In this document: positions 33,582 through 46,047 of the stretch, piece after piece | How positions within the stretch are numbered: the stretch's first letter is position 1 | How the letters are laid out: each line of letters starts with the position of its first letter | Assembly: GCA_040954595.2 (NCBI GenBank) | Contig: CM082576.2 | Span: 18,523,028-18,587,027, forward strand | Origin: Balanoglossus misakiensis | Taxonomy: Eukaryota; Animalia; Hemichordata | Length of the DNA stretch: 64,000 nt | Reading direction: 5' to 3' | Position numbers and translations under genes: made by a program | Notes under the pieces: generated by a model | The model's database searches: none | Told to the model about the DNA's origin: nothing | What the model saw: the letters and a program-made list of their open reading frames with translations, nothing else

Positions 33582-36500
33582 CTACTTGTGTTTTGCTTCG
33601 GAGTAAATTTTCATTTTAATGTACTGCTCCACCTCAGCAACCTTGCAGTCAAACTTGCTGCATACAATATCTGTGGGGAAACAGAGAAAAATAATTGCTG
33701 AATGAAATTGTACTGAACCAAAGCTCAAACCTTAGAGATGTCTTTGTTTGCCATACTATATTTTTTTTTCTAAAACCTAACCGCCAGAAACAAAGAACAA
33801 ACTAAATGAAAATATATCAAGGTTACGGTAGAGAGAATGGTATATTTGATTTGCAGTCCCTTAAACGCTTTTACAACTTTTTAAAGATGGCCTATCTCAT
33901 TCCACATACAGGTCTCCATTAGCAGACCAAAGCAGATTTTGCAAAAGCACTGCAAAATTTGCACCCTATCTACAGCAGGTTACACTATGTTAAAGAGGTA
34001 TACATCACTGATCACTCCAAATATACAAAATGCCAATATATCTTTGTGTATTCCTATGACCTAAAATAGCAAATTAATAATTGGAGATGATAAGTAACTT
34101 AATACCTACATACCTTTAATGGCTCTTATTTTGTCGGCATCCAGCGCTGGTTTGGGTAAAGAACCCTTGACTGAGTTGCACACTCTGCCACTATACGAAT
34201 GAGTCCTGAGTGTTTCCCTATCAAACACCACTGCCATCAAATCATACGTCATTTTCTTCGCTGTTGATTCGTCAACGCGGCTCAGCTGCTTGGCAGTTAC
34301 TATCATCTCATCATTGACCAAAATCTGAAAAAGACCAAAATAATTGGTAACACTAGAGGCAGACACAAAATAAATATGATTTCTGTCATAGAAAACCTGA
34401 TAAAATAGAAAGTACAGTAAAAACTCTATCACAGAGTTCTTACAATACTTTCTATTTTCTATGAAATCAACAGCTCTAACAATACAACCACATTTTCCAT
34501 GGAAGTAAAGTTGCAGAGCCATGATCTGTTCTAAACAGAGTTGCAATCATCAGGTCTGCAGATAAATAAACAAAAACTTTATGACCAAAATAATTAAATT
34601 CTTTGTTTTGCATCCACTCAGATTTTGATAGGTAAGTGCACAAGTTCAGAAACACAGAAATTTTTAACAGGTAAATTTAATATTTACTCGATAGTTTCCA
34701 TGTAATACAAGCACCTTATCAAGAATCCCAGCAGAAACTAATTTTTCACCCTGTTAAGTTGCACTCAAATGTGACATTCTGCAAGCATGCAGGTGTTCCA
34801 ATCACATTTCCCAAAGCATGTATACAAAAAATTTGCAGGCAGAAAAGTTTTTTTCATGAAATCTCGCAAAACATACACATGCAGAACAAAGAATTTTCTT
34901 ACTTAGGCCATATGGTTGAACCTAAGAAGCAGAAGTATTATTTGAATGACTATGACTATGTCTATGCAGATTCCTGAAATCACACATTCATGATAAATTG
35001 AAATAGATATCAACAGTTACCTCTTCACTGTTCAATGGGGCATCATGTGTTCCACTGGAGTTATTTGTCTTTGAGACTGCAGGTGCACCAGTCTTTACAC
35101 CAAATGTTCTTTTTACATCAGCAATTTGTCCAAGCAGGCCAGGTAACTCTATACCATTTGAAAAGATTAGAAAATAGAGGTATAGGACATATGTTCATTG
35201 ATTTAACTCCAATAGTTCATAGGAAAAGGAATAAAAAAGAGACAATCCTGGCAAAAAAATATTGTTAACCAATAAGACAGTGGACCATCATCCATAAACA
35301 AAATTATTTTAATTGTGGTGAACTGAGATGTTTACATACTGACCAGCATTATCAAACTATTGTCAAGTAACTACAAAACACATAGTTTGAGAAAGCTGGT
35401 CACAAATGAAGGCTTTCATTGGTGCTGAAAAAGGTAAGTTACAGCTTGCCCAGCTTAGTCATCATGTACAAGTGAATAAATTAAATGTTTTTCATTTATA
35501 AATTAATTATGGTAACGTTTTACTTTGTATTTCAAAACATATATGGAGTCCTTGATACTTCAATTTCTCGTCAAAAAAATGCTGAAAATGATGTTCTTTT
35601 GTGATATTCATGAGTATTTTCAAAAACAATCATTCTGTGGCATATTTTGGCTGTTGACTTTTGATATTTCTAAAAATAAAACCAAAAGAACACTGACAAA
35701 ATAATTTGATTCAGCTAAAACCTACTCATTGCATTAAAAATATACAAGAACTAAAACAATCCACTGACTTTATTCAATGCGTGTATCAATATTCTTTTAC
35801 CTTTTAACACTCGAAGAGAATAGCGTAGTGCAGCATTTTCCTCCTTCAATTCCCTTATTTCTTGGTGTAGCTTGTCCTCATCATAGCCTTCTGAGCCACT
35901 GGACACTGGTGTTGAAGCACGGAATGAACTCTAGAATGCAGAGGAACATTAATGAAATAGACTAAAAATCACAGTTGTCAACAATAACAACACAGTTCAT
36001 ACATGGATTTCAACATGCTTGTGATATTTACCCATCAACAGCACTGAACTGCAGTCACTTTTTGATGGAAATATTATTAGTTTCAATAATTGCATAACTT
36101 TGCTCACATTTTAAAGATACATTTTGCAGGGGTTGCGTTAACCCCATATTTTGCTTCCCGAACTTTTCAGGGGGACTCTTACTTTTTACACAGAGGGGTC
36201 CCATCTCTCACATAAATACAAAAATTTTAATTTCCTGTCTTTTATTTCATGTGACAGGGACTCATTCTGAGCAAACACTAGTGCAATCCCTGTTTCATAA
36301 TTAAGCCACACAAGCTCACAACACTCTCTTATACGTCAGCATTATTTTAGCTTTTGTGCAAGTTTGGAAGTAAAAGTATATGCTTCAGGGGCAGAAATTG
36401 TAGCGTATGACATTGCCAGTACTTACAGACTTAAGTGACTGGACATCCTCCTCCATTTTTTTACGAACTTCAGATGTCTTCTTGCTTTCTAACTTTCTCA

Positions 36501-37410
36501 GCAAATTTAAAGACGAATTCTTTTGGCTGATCTTCTTTTTTTTTATTCAAGTTATTTTTTTCCTGAAAAAGAAATGAAATGATTATTGTGAGATACTTCT
36601 GAACACTTGGCATGGAGTTTTGAAAATGGGTGTTTATATTGACAACGAGAAATTAATATCATCTGTACCTAGATAAATCATATTGAATTCTGCATCAGCC
36701 ACATGGTAGTTAAATATCAACTTACCGGTACATAATCATCTTCATCATCTTCGCTGTCGGTGTAGATTCTCTTTGGTGCCTTTTCACGTTTCCCCCGTCC
36801 ATATTCTGGAGTCTTAATGTTTGTGTTCACCCCTTTTTTGACATAGACGTTGGCTAGTCGCAACAGCTCCTGCCTGTCATCTGTAAAGATAAACATTATG
36901 ACCTGGTTGTGAAAAACACACACACACACAACTGAATGAGAAACTTTTGCTGACGATCAAAAATGCACAACACAAACCACGTAAAAAAATTGTGTCACAA
37001 AGTAAAACAAAGGGGTTGCTGGCTTTCCTGGCAACTTGTTTTGTTATGCAAATAGTATAACAATGAACAGGAAGTAAACAAGCTGTGTTTGGTTCAAGGG
37101 AGCCCAAGACCCTGGGATCGAGATAAAGGTAACTTTCTACAATGAACGTCTTCAACATTGGGAAATGTTTCTACCTGACACGTTTTTTTTGAGTTTTGAA
37201 AAAATCCAAACAATTCTTACCGCTAAACTTGATAACTCTTGCTACATATCTCGCCGGATCTCTTCCTGCCTTCTTTGATGGCCACTGGACAGCACAATCT
37301 TCGTCGAAGTCAAAACTCATAACGTCGTCTTCATCGAGATCTTCTATCCAATTCGTCTCACCAACTTCAACACTCTTTTCTTCGTAAAAATCAAATAAAG
37401 CGTACTTCAT
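33582..37410 (-). CDS. BEN-domain accessory protein (~345 aa, 7 exons; one extra A in an A9 run of exon 3)
   Basis: GT-AG exons 37410-37221, 36880-36726, 36562-36427, 35930-35801, 35148-35021, 34324-34114 and 33670-33582 have compatible phases after a 1-nt correction. C-terminal LMAVVFDRETLRTHSYSG...KPALDADKIRAIK is BEN-like. Central coiled coil. AATAAA downstream. Confidence 0.72.
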
Positions 37411-37849
37411 GGTGACTAGATCAACGTTCGTAAATAGAGAAATCTTAAGCGGAGCTGGTAGCGAGTGACGCGTGGTGTGTCTTCGGTGGTTACTGAATCA
37501 GCTGTAAAAGGTCAGGAGTTCGCCGACTATTTATTTACCTTGATGCATGCTGGGTAAGAAATGCGGGCGTTTATGAGAAGAGTCAAAGGTCATGCAGTAG
37601 GTCATGTGATTTTAAAATACAGCATTTCTTAGAGCTGAGATGTTATTTGAAAAAAAAACACGTTAAGATATCATTCACTTTATTTTGAAACGCCAAAATT
37701 CACCTTAAAGTAGTACCACAGATCGATCGGAACGTTAAAATTTGAACTTGAGATGATGCCATAACTATCACCCAGCATGCACCGCAGTCACCGACGCTTG
37801 CACAGCTGATTCACTAGATCATCAGATCGCTGTTCGTCGCAGAAGAGAC
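37411..37849. promoter_or_regulatory. Putative bidirectional promoter with mirrored ATCAGCTG and Staf/ZNF143-like motifs
   Basis: CpG-richer gap between two divergent ATGs. GAATCAGCTGT (~37495) mirrors ACAGCTGATTC (~37802). TGCATGCTGGGTAA (37544-37557) mirrors ACTATCACCCAGCATGCA (37764-37781). Confidence 0.5.
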
Positions 37850-40800
37850 ATGTCGAGGGTCGTGCGCGGTCCATACAAGTGTTACCTAAATGATACCGAA
37901 GTCAGTATTCCAAAGAGAACCTTGTTTAGATGGCGAATTCGCGATAAACATGGTTTAGAGGTAAGTGTAGCTCTTTTTTACCACGGCCTGAAGTATGCGC
38001 CGCGCTTGCTGCAGCTGCAGTTCCGTAGCCTGCAACATTCCTCGATGTGTGTGTGTTACGGAAAGGTGCCCCTTCCGTAACACACACATCGAGGAAAGTT
38101 GCTGGCTACGGAACTGCAGCAAGCGCCGGGCGAAAACTGGCATTGTCTGTCATTTCTCGTTGATTGTTATAATTATAGGGTGTCATAGGTAGTGTATGCA
38201 TTTTATTTCTGTTCTTTTTGGTTTTATTAAAGTCCAAAAGGCTAGCTTGTACATCTCCAACTCTTTGTCTAAATATAGCAGCATTTATGCTGCTGCAGTA
38301 TTTTTTTAATTGAAAAATAATTTAGTACTACGAATATTGAGGGAAAAAAACAAAAAAAAACAGGTCATTACTGACACCAGCCTACTTTTCTTTATAAGAA
38401 CTATTAAAGCATTAGCACTTTCCTCTGAGATTTAGAATCAAATGATGTAATATGCATTATGTAGTCCCGCTATACTGAAATACATATCTTAACCACATTC
38501 TATTCATATCTTTCAGACTGATGATATCGCCATCGACACTGACAGTTGTTCTGTAAATAGTGACTACCAATCTGAAAGTGGCAATGATGAATATTTATAT
38601 GATGGTAACGCCTCTCATGACAGTTATCGAAGTGGACTAACTTTCTCTCACAGAGATACAGACATTGATGAATACAGCACTACAGAACCAGACACAGATG
38701 ACTATTTATCAGCCGACGAAACATCAGATGATCAGACATCATTCATCATAGATGACCAAGTACCAGCTCAGGAAACGTCACATGTCAACTTACTGAGTGA
38801 CGGAAGTGGAGAGATTGAAGAAAGTGAAGAAATTATACACACACGCATATCAAACAAAAACACTAATGGGACTGGCACAGGAGAAAGTGGTGATGAATTG
38901 GTAGGTTCTGCTTTTGACTTTAAAAATTTTATGGTTGCCAATTTGAATTTTGTGCGGTAACTTACCTTAATCACTTATGATCTATGACTTTTTACATTAT
39001 TTTGATGATTTACTTTCAAAGTAAGTGTACTTACTGAAGGGTGTGCATTTACAACTTGAAAAAGTGGACATGGTGCAATATACACATTGATTCCTTGACA
39101 GAAACATGACAGTGATACACACCAAAATGTCTCTATTCTTTTAGCAATGTGACCAACTTTTGATCATCGGAAATTTAAAAATTGTTTATTTGTTTAGCTA
39201 TTACAACATCGTTTAGTATTCCACTAATCAATCTGTTTTATATGTTAATGCAACTTAATACACATCGTTATTATAAAATACAAGTATGAAAGCTAGTGTC
39301 TCTATGGTTGTGAATGCATTTATTTTAATTCTCAAGGAGGCCTATTATTTAGAGCATGACCCCTGTTTTCAAAATCTGGTGATCAATGCATAAGAGATCA
39401 GAGCCTGTTTTCACAAGGTCAAATCAAGGTTAAATGTGTCAGTCCTATGAGTGTGACCATTGCATTGTTCATGTTATTTCTGGTTGTCCTATTTTTCTAA
39501 ATGTACTACTATTTTTCTAATTCTCAGGGAGCTGAAGAAGGAACTGGAGAGATGAATGTCACAACAGAACAGCTTTGTCTACTTCTCCAGGCTTTTGTCC
39601 TCAGACACCGACTTACGAAAGATGCTCTCAAAGACTTGTTGCACGTCATTAACCTGATAGCACCAGAAACTGTACCAGCAACACCATACTTTTTTAAGAA
39701 CTGTTTTGCTGAGACAGCTGTGTCGTGTAAGAAGCACTTCTATTGCTGTAGTTGTATGGCATATCTTGGTGCCGAGGGCGAAATTCAAACTGACACCACT
39801 TGTGGTAGCTGTAATGAGCCTTTCAGTGAGCAAATATCTGTAGCAAATAACAATTTTTTCATTGTAATGCCAATCAAGGACCAACTTGTAGATTTATTAG
39901 AAAATCAGAATATTAATAGTGAATTGTCAGTTTCAACTTTATTGGATGGCTCCATTTATCAAGATCTCCTTGAAAATGGTATCATAAGAGATAATGACTT
40001 AACCCTTCTCTGGAATTGTGATGGGGTCCCTGCCTTTAAGTCCTCTGGTTTCTCAATATGGCCCATTCAGTGTGTAGTGACAGAACTGACTCCAAAATGT
40101 CAAAAACAAAATATTCTCATGCCTGGCCTATGGTTTGGTCAATCCAAACCACAGATGGATTGTTTTTTGGCACCATTTGGTGAAGAATGTGTGAAATTGG
40201 GTAATGATGGTTTTACCTGGAGAAATCAAAGTTCTGGTGAGATAATCACAACATGTGTCCATGTGTTATTGTGTTCTTCTGATTCAGCTGCCAGGCCTTT
40301 GATGCGCAATTGCAAACAGTATAATTGGCAGTATTGATGTGACTGGTGCCTGCACCCAGGGGAATACATAGCAAAGGGCAATGGTCATGCACGTGTATAT
40401 AGTGTACAGGATCTTCCTCATCCTGAGTTGAGGAATAACGATCAGTATGAGGATTGTTGTAGGCAGGCGGTTGAAAGAGACCGACCAATATTGGGTGTGA
40501 AGGGACCCAGTGTGTGTATGTTGCTTCCCAATTTCGACATTGTGAAAGGGTTTGTTCCTGATTATTTGCATTGTGTTTTATTAGGGGTTGTCAGGCAAAT
40601 CACCTCACTTTGGCTTGACAGTGAAAACAAGCAGAAACCCTGGTACTTAGCCCCTGCTAAACAACGTGTAATTAATTCCCGTTTGGTGCAGCAGTTTCCT
40701 CCAAATGAAATAACCAGGACACCACGATCGTTAGATTACAGAAAGTATTGGAAAGGTTCGGAGTGGAGGGCATTTCTCCTTTTCTATTCTTTAATTGTTC

Positions 40801-41744
40801 TGAGAGGTGTGTTACCTGCAGTTTTTTCTGAACCATTGGTTTTTGCTGGTTTTTGGAATCCACACGTTACTTCAGGAAAAAGTAACAGCCCGCTCTGTTG
40901 ATCTGGCAGAGCAGGCAATCAGAAAGTTTGTGACTCAAACTGAATGCCTTTATGGGAAAGAAGTGATGTCATTTAATATGCACATTCTACTGCATTTGTC
41001 TAGTAGTGTTAGGGAATGGGCACCTCTCTGGGCTACATCTTCCTTTGTGTTTGAAAGTCACAATGGTGTAATCATGAAGCTATTTCAGGGTACTCAAAGT
41101 GTGCCTTCACAGATATCAAACACATTCTGTCTGTGGAGAGATTTATCAAGAAGATCCACAATTATACCACAGGATAGTGATCTGAGGCCACTATTTGACA
41201 AATTGTCTAGAGGAATTGTGCATTTAAAGAGGGACTTTCATAGCTGCTCAGGGGTTGTGGCCATGGGAGCTGCTGACAAACGGATATAAGATTGACAGAC
41301 AGGTTAGCTGTAGAGGAGGCTGTGGGCCACCCTATCTTGAATGTGAACGCCAAATATTACAAGAGATTCACTATATCAGGTGCTGTGTTCACAACAAGTA
41401 GCTACACTAGGGCAGCAAAGAGAACGAACCATTATTTTCAGGGACAAGATGAGCAATTGTATGTAATAAGAAACCTTGTAATTCTTAGGCTAGGTTGCAT
41501 ATGCCAAGGTGATTGTCACTGTAATGAAAGATCATTCCTGATAGCCAGTAGGTGTTTAAGTGGGAGGTCAATGTTTGTTGACAATGAAATTGGCATACAG
41601 TGTACACATGTAAAACCACTGCGTGAGATTTCACATGAAAGAATTGCTGTGCGACCGTCGTTTTTGAGACGTAAATGTGTAGTTCTTGGAATGGGTGAGT
41701 CAATTTACCTCTCACCACTCCCCAACCCTTTTGAAAGGGACTGA
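37850..41744 (+). pseudogene. EnSpm/CACTA (Transposase_21-like) DDE transposase, disrupted
   Basis: Exons 37850-37960, 38517-38900 (acidic) and 39528-41744, all phase 0. Motifs CxxC..CxxC, WNCDGVP, SSDSAAR, DYLHCVLLG, WKGSEWR, HILLHL, FVFES. Stop at 40335-40337; frameshifts near 40825 and 41285. Confidence 0.9.
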
Positions 41745-42069
41745 TAAGGGCTGCAAAAAAAGTCTGTAGGTAGCAAACACTTACCCCAGTACTGTAGTTG
41801 AGAGTCCGTTTCTTCTGATTTGTATTTATATACAGATTTGTATATGTACCAGTGTTTTACAGATATCATTTTGAAATTGTAATAAATGAATTATTTACAG
41901 AGACATATTTGTCAAGTATTCATTCACAATATAAAATAGAATGATTAAGAATGAATAGCTGTGTGTTTGAGCTGAATGTATACTGGTATCTGTTTGCTCG
42001 GGGTGAACTGGTTACTTTCCATGGCCAAACGATACAATCTTCGCCTAAATCAAAATCCTTAGCGTCCGG

Positions 42070-43295
42070 TCATGGTTGGCAATATTTTTCAATAGAAAAT
42101 CTATTGACGGCAATAGAATTCAATAGAGACAGTGGATTTTTGTTAAAATACACTGTTCACATTGAAATGTATGTAGTTGGGGCAAACCTGACAAACTCTT
42201 TGTCATTTTGTGATGATTATGTGCACACATTTGCTAAAAACTAGGGGAAAATGTTTCTTTCACCTATTTCATGGTTGGCAATATTTTTCAATAGAAAATC
42301 TATTGACGGCAATAAAATTCAATAGAGTCAGTGGATTTTTGTTAAAATACACTGTTCACAGTGAAATATATGTAGTTGGGCCAAACCTGACAAATTCATT
42401 TGTCGTTTTGTGTTGATTATGTGCACACATTTGCTAAAAACTAGGGGAAAATGTTTCTTTCACCTATTTCATAGTTGGCAATATTTTTCAATAGAAAATC
42501 TATTGACGGCAATAGAATTCAATAGAGACAGTGGATTTTTGTTAAAATACACTGTTCACAGTGAAATGTATGTAGTTGGGGCAAACCTGACAAATTCCTT
42601 TGTCATTTTGTGATGATTATGTGCACACATTTGCTAAAAACTAGGGAAAAATATTTCTTTCAACCATTTCAAGGTTGACAATATTTTTCAATAGAAAATC
42701 TATTGACGGCAATAGAATTCAATAGAGTCAGTGGATTTTTGTTAAAATACACTGTTCACAGTGAAATATATGTAGTTGGGCCAAACCTGACAAATTCATT
42801 TGTCGTTTTGTGTTGATTATGTGCACACATTTGCTAAAAACTAGGGGAAAATGTTTCTTTCACCTATTTCATGGTTGGCAATATTTTTCAATAGAAAATC
42901 TATTGACGGCAATAGAATTCAATAGAGACAGTGGATTTTTGTTAAAATACACTGTTCACAGTGAAATGTATGTAGTTGGGGCAAACCTGACAAATTCCTT
43001 TGTCGTTTTGTGTTTATTATGTGCACACATTTGCTAAAAACTAGGGGAAAATGTTTCTTTCACCTATTTCATGGTTGGCAATATTTTTCAATAGAAAATC
43101 TATTGACATCAATAGAATTCAATAGAGTCTGTGGATTTCTGTTAAAATATACTTTGTTCACAGTGAAATATGTGTAATGGGGGCAAATCTTACAAATTGC
43201 TTTGTCATTGTATGATAATCATGTTAAAACCTATTAAAAATCATTTTTCACTTATTTCATGCTAGGTAATATTTTCAATAGAAAATCTATTGACG
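42070..43295. repeat. 200-bp tandem repeat, ~6 copies, right subterminal region of EnSpm
   Basis: TCATGGTTGGCAATATTTTTCAATAGAAAATCTATTGAC recurs at about 42070, 42269, 42469, 42669, 42869 and 43069, and is degenerate at ~43257. Confidence 0.95.
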
Positions 43296-46047
43296 GCTAG
43301 TTTAATGGAAATCATCTGTATAATTCTATAGAAAATAATATTCTATTGATTTTCTATTGAATTCTACACGTTTCTATAGAGGTCTATAGAGTTCTATAGA
43401 ACCTTTTTCGTAAGGGTTGAAATGTGTTTTACATCTAAATGCATCGTTTTGGGAACATTTTCTAGTATGTATGTGATTATTAAATTGAACTTGTATATTT
43501 GCTGGGGCAACTCAATTTTCAGTAAAGATAAGGATTGCCCAATGTTCGGATTGTCTTCAAAAAGATGACAACAACTCAAGTCTCAAAAACTCTTTTGTTT
43601 TTAAGTTTGAATTGTAGTTGTCACATCATTAACGACTTCACATGTGAATGCCAAATTTCGATTCTTAGCAAATGTTGTATTTTCACAGAGAGGAGTCCAT
43701 TTCTCAATCATATCACCCCGCAAACTGCCTGAACTCCAAAAACTTAACTTCAAAGCATATGGTGAAGTACAGATGGTACCAATGAAGGATTATGCGGCTG
43801 ATCCACACCACATGATACTTCTCAAAGGTTATCAACTTGCAGGTAGGTATCTGTTGCTACGCAAATATTTGCAATCATACCATGATCTAGATTCTTAAGT
43901 TCACTGGTCAAATATATAACTTGTTTACGTGGTCATTTACAACCAATTCATCATTTTGTGGTTTGTTAAGATTTTCAGTACTCTTAATTGGTACTTCAAT
44001 AAAATGGTTGTAATATATTTATTAATATTTATTACACATCACGTATTATTATGCGCTCCTGGTTGGCTAATACTAAATATGACAGAAATTCATGACCTGT
44101 GCACACGATCTAAGGCTTATGGAAGTTATTGTCGTGAGTGATGCAGTGTATTCTGTTGCAGTACTTTCACAAGCCAGCCTATTATTCCCCATCATTTCAT
44201 TGCATGGCCAATTAATTACACATCCTCCTGAAAATTGTTGGAAGGTGGGCAATCAATTTCCATGGTTACATCCTGGATGAAACACTGGTACAGGTTCAAG
44301 ACAAGTTTAGTGACATTGTGTGAATCCACAGCAGAATTTCACATAAACTGTATAATCCTCCATTTTTGTAATGATTGTGTTTCAGAAAAATCTGTGTCAA
44401 GTGGTGATACAAAAGAGGTTGCCATAGTGAAACCTACAACCATAGTAACCACTTCAGTGTCTACAACCACTACCACAACACAGCCACTGAAACCTGCAAA
44501 CAGTTACCATGGTTACAAGGGCCTAGCTCTGGTATGACCTCAAATCCTCTCAAATCAACTGTTGGAAGTTCATCTTTAGGTAAAGTCTCCAGTGTTGCTT
44601 CCCAGCCATTGTCAAATTAAGTCCACACACAATTAGACCACCAAGTGTAGTGTGAGATATAGTAGAATTATTAAGAGTATTGCCGTGTTGATCTTCAGTA
44701 CAATATGAGTTAAAGTTATATAGCACTTTGTGATCAGAAATTGACTCAACCAAGTCAACCCCAGATGCAGGGCCAAGGTAGAGGATATTGGTGCAGTTAG
44801 TGAAATATGAGAATGCAAAATTTAAGTGTAGCGTAACAGCTGTCTCCTTTGATATGCGAACATTTCCTGTCACAGAAAATTCCCGTTTTACAGTATATAA
44901 ATATATCAACTAGATATTTTTACTGCAGGTGCCACACCAAGTCATCTGTCACCTGGACAACCAAGTCAAATTGGAAGTCCGTCTCCACAACATCTGTCAT
45001 CCTCTCAACAGAAACTGAGTCGGTCCCAGATGCAGGGCCAAGGTCAAAGGTCATCAATGCCTTTTGCCCAGCCTACCAGTTTACCAAACCAACCAGTATC
45101 CACTGTCACAGCAAACAGGACACAACAACCCAATGTGACTGTTTCAAGTATCCCCATGAGACAATTTTGTCCACCCAGGTACAGTTGTGGTCTACCTTCT
45201 ACTTTATGAGATTCAAATTAGCTGTTTCTAGTTACCCATCCTGTGAATTGAAAGCTTTTTATGACTGTTTCACATAGCCTTGTGTTACCATTTTCTATAC
45301 AGTAAACTATTGTTTCAAAACACATTCAAAACTTCTGTTTTGGTTGCTAGAAACCCACTCTGTGAATGCAAAGACTCTTTTGGATAATGCCAGAGACTCA
45401 GTGATCAATTTCAATTTTTAATGAGATGTGTGTTGAAAATAGGACTTTGAGAGTTGCAAGCTCAACATCGAATCAAAAATTGAAGTCATGAATTTAAAAT
45501 GGGGTTTTGAATACTGGCCTTGATAATGCTTCATATTAACTAGGTTTTTTACTCTTTTTGGACAGGCAACTTCACCACCAAAGATGACTTCCCAGCATGC
45601 ACCAGCTGCTGCACTGAAAGCCACAGAGGGTGTCATGCAAATGGTAAATGCTAGTCAGTTCAGTAAGATGCCACCAATTGCTGCTGTGAATTCTATCAAC
45701 TCACAGCCAGAGCAGAGATGGCCAGGTACAGATTCACAGCCACAAAGAGGTAGGTACAGTCAAACCTGTCTATACTGGCCAGTCAAGGGACTTCCAAAAC
45801 TGACATTTATAGACAGGTGGCTTCTATAGACAGGTCAATAAATGTGCAATGTACATGTACATGAAATGAAACAAAGTTGCCACTACATAGAGGTTGCAAC
45901 AAACACATAGTTGACTGTCATATATGTTATGTTGCCATGGCAGTCATTTACCATGAGTTCGATTATACATTGCCAAAACCGGAGGAAAAAATATTCAAGT
46001 TCCCCTTTTCATATTCTCCATCAATGGTATAATACGCCAGTGTCATG

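Larger units (their letters stand above)
32363..43416 (+). mobile_element. EnSpm/CACTA (CMC superfamily) DNA transposon with two divergent genes
   Basis: TIR CCCTTACGAAAAAG(G)TTCTATAGAAC at both ends. TT at 32361-32362 and 43417-43418. The empty paralogous site GATTGATTGACATGTG (~47630) confirms a 2-bp TSD. Confidence 0.92.

Noticed and set aside
34900-34973. Possible extra exon of the BEN gene
   Set aside because: Stops occur in all frames, and the flanking exons already join in phase 0.
41951-43037. Four similar 67-97 aa ORFs
   Set aside because: Products of the 200-bp tandem repeat, with no coding signature.
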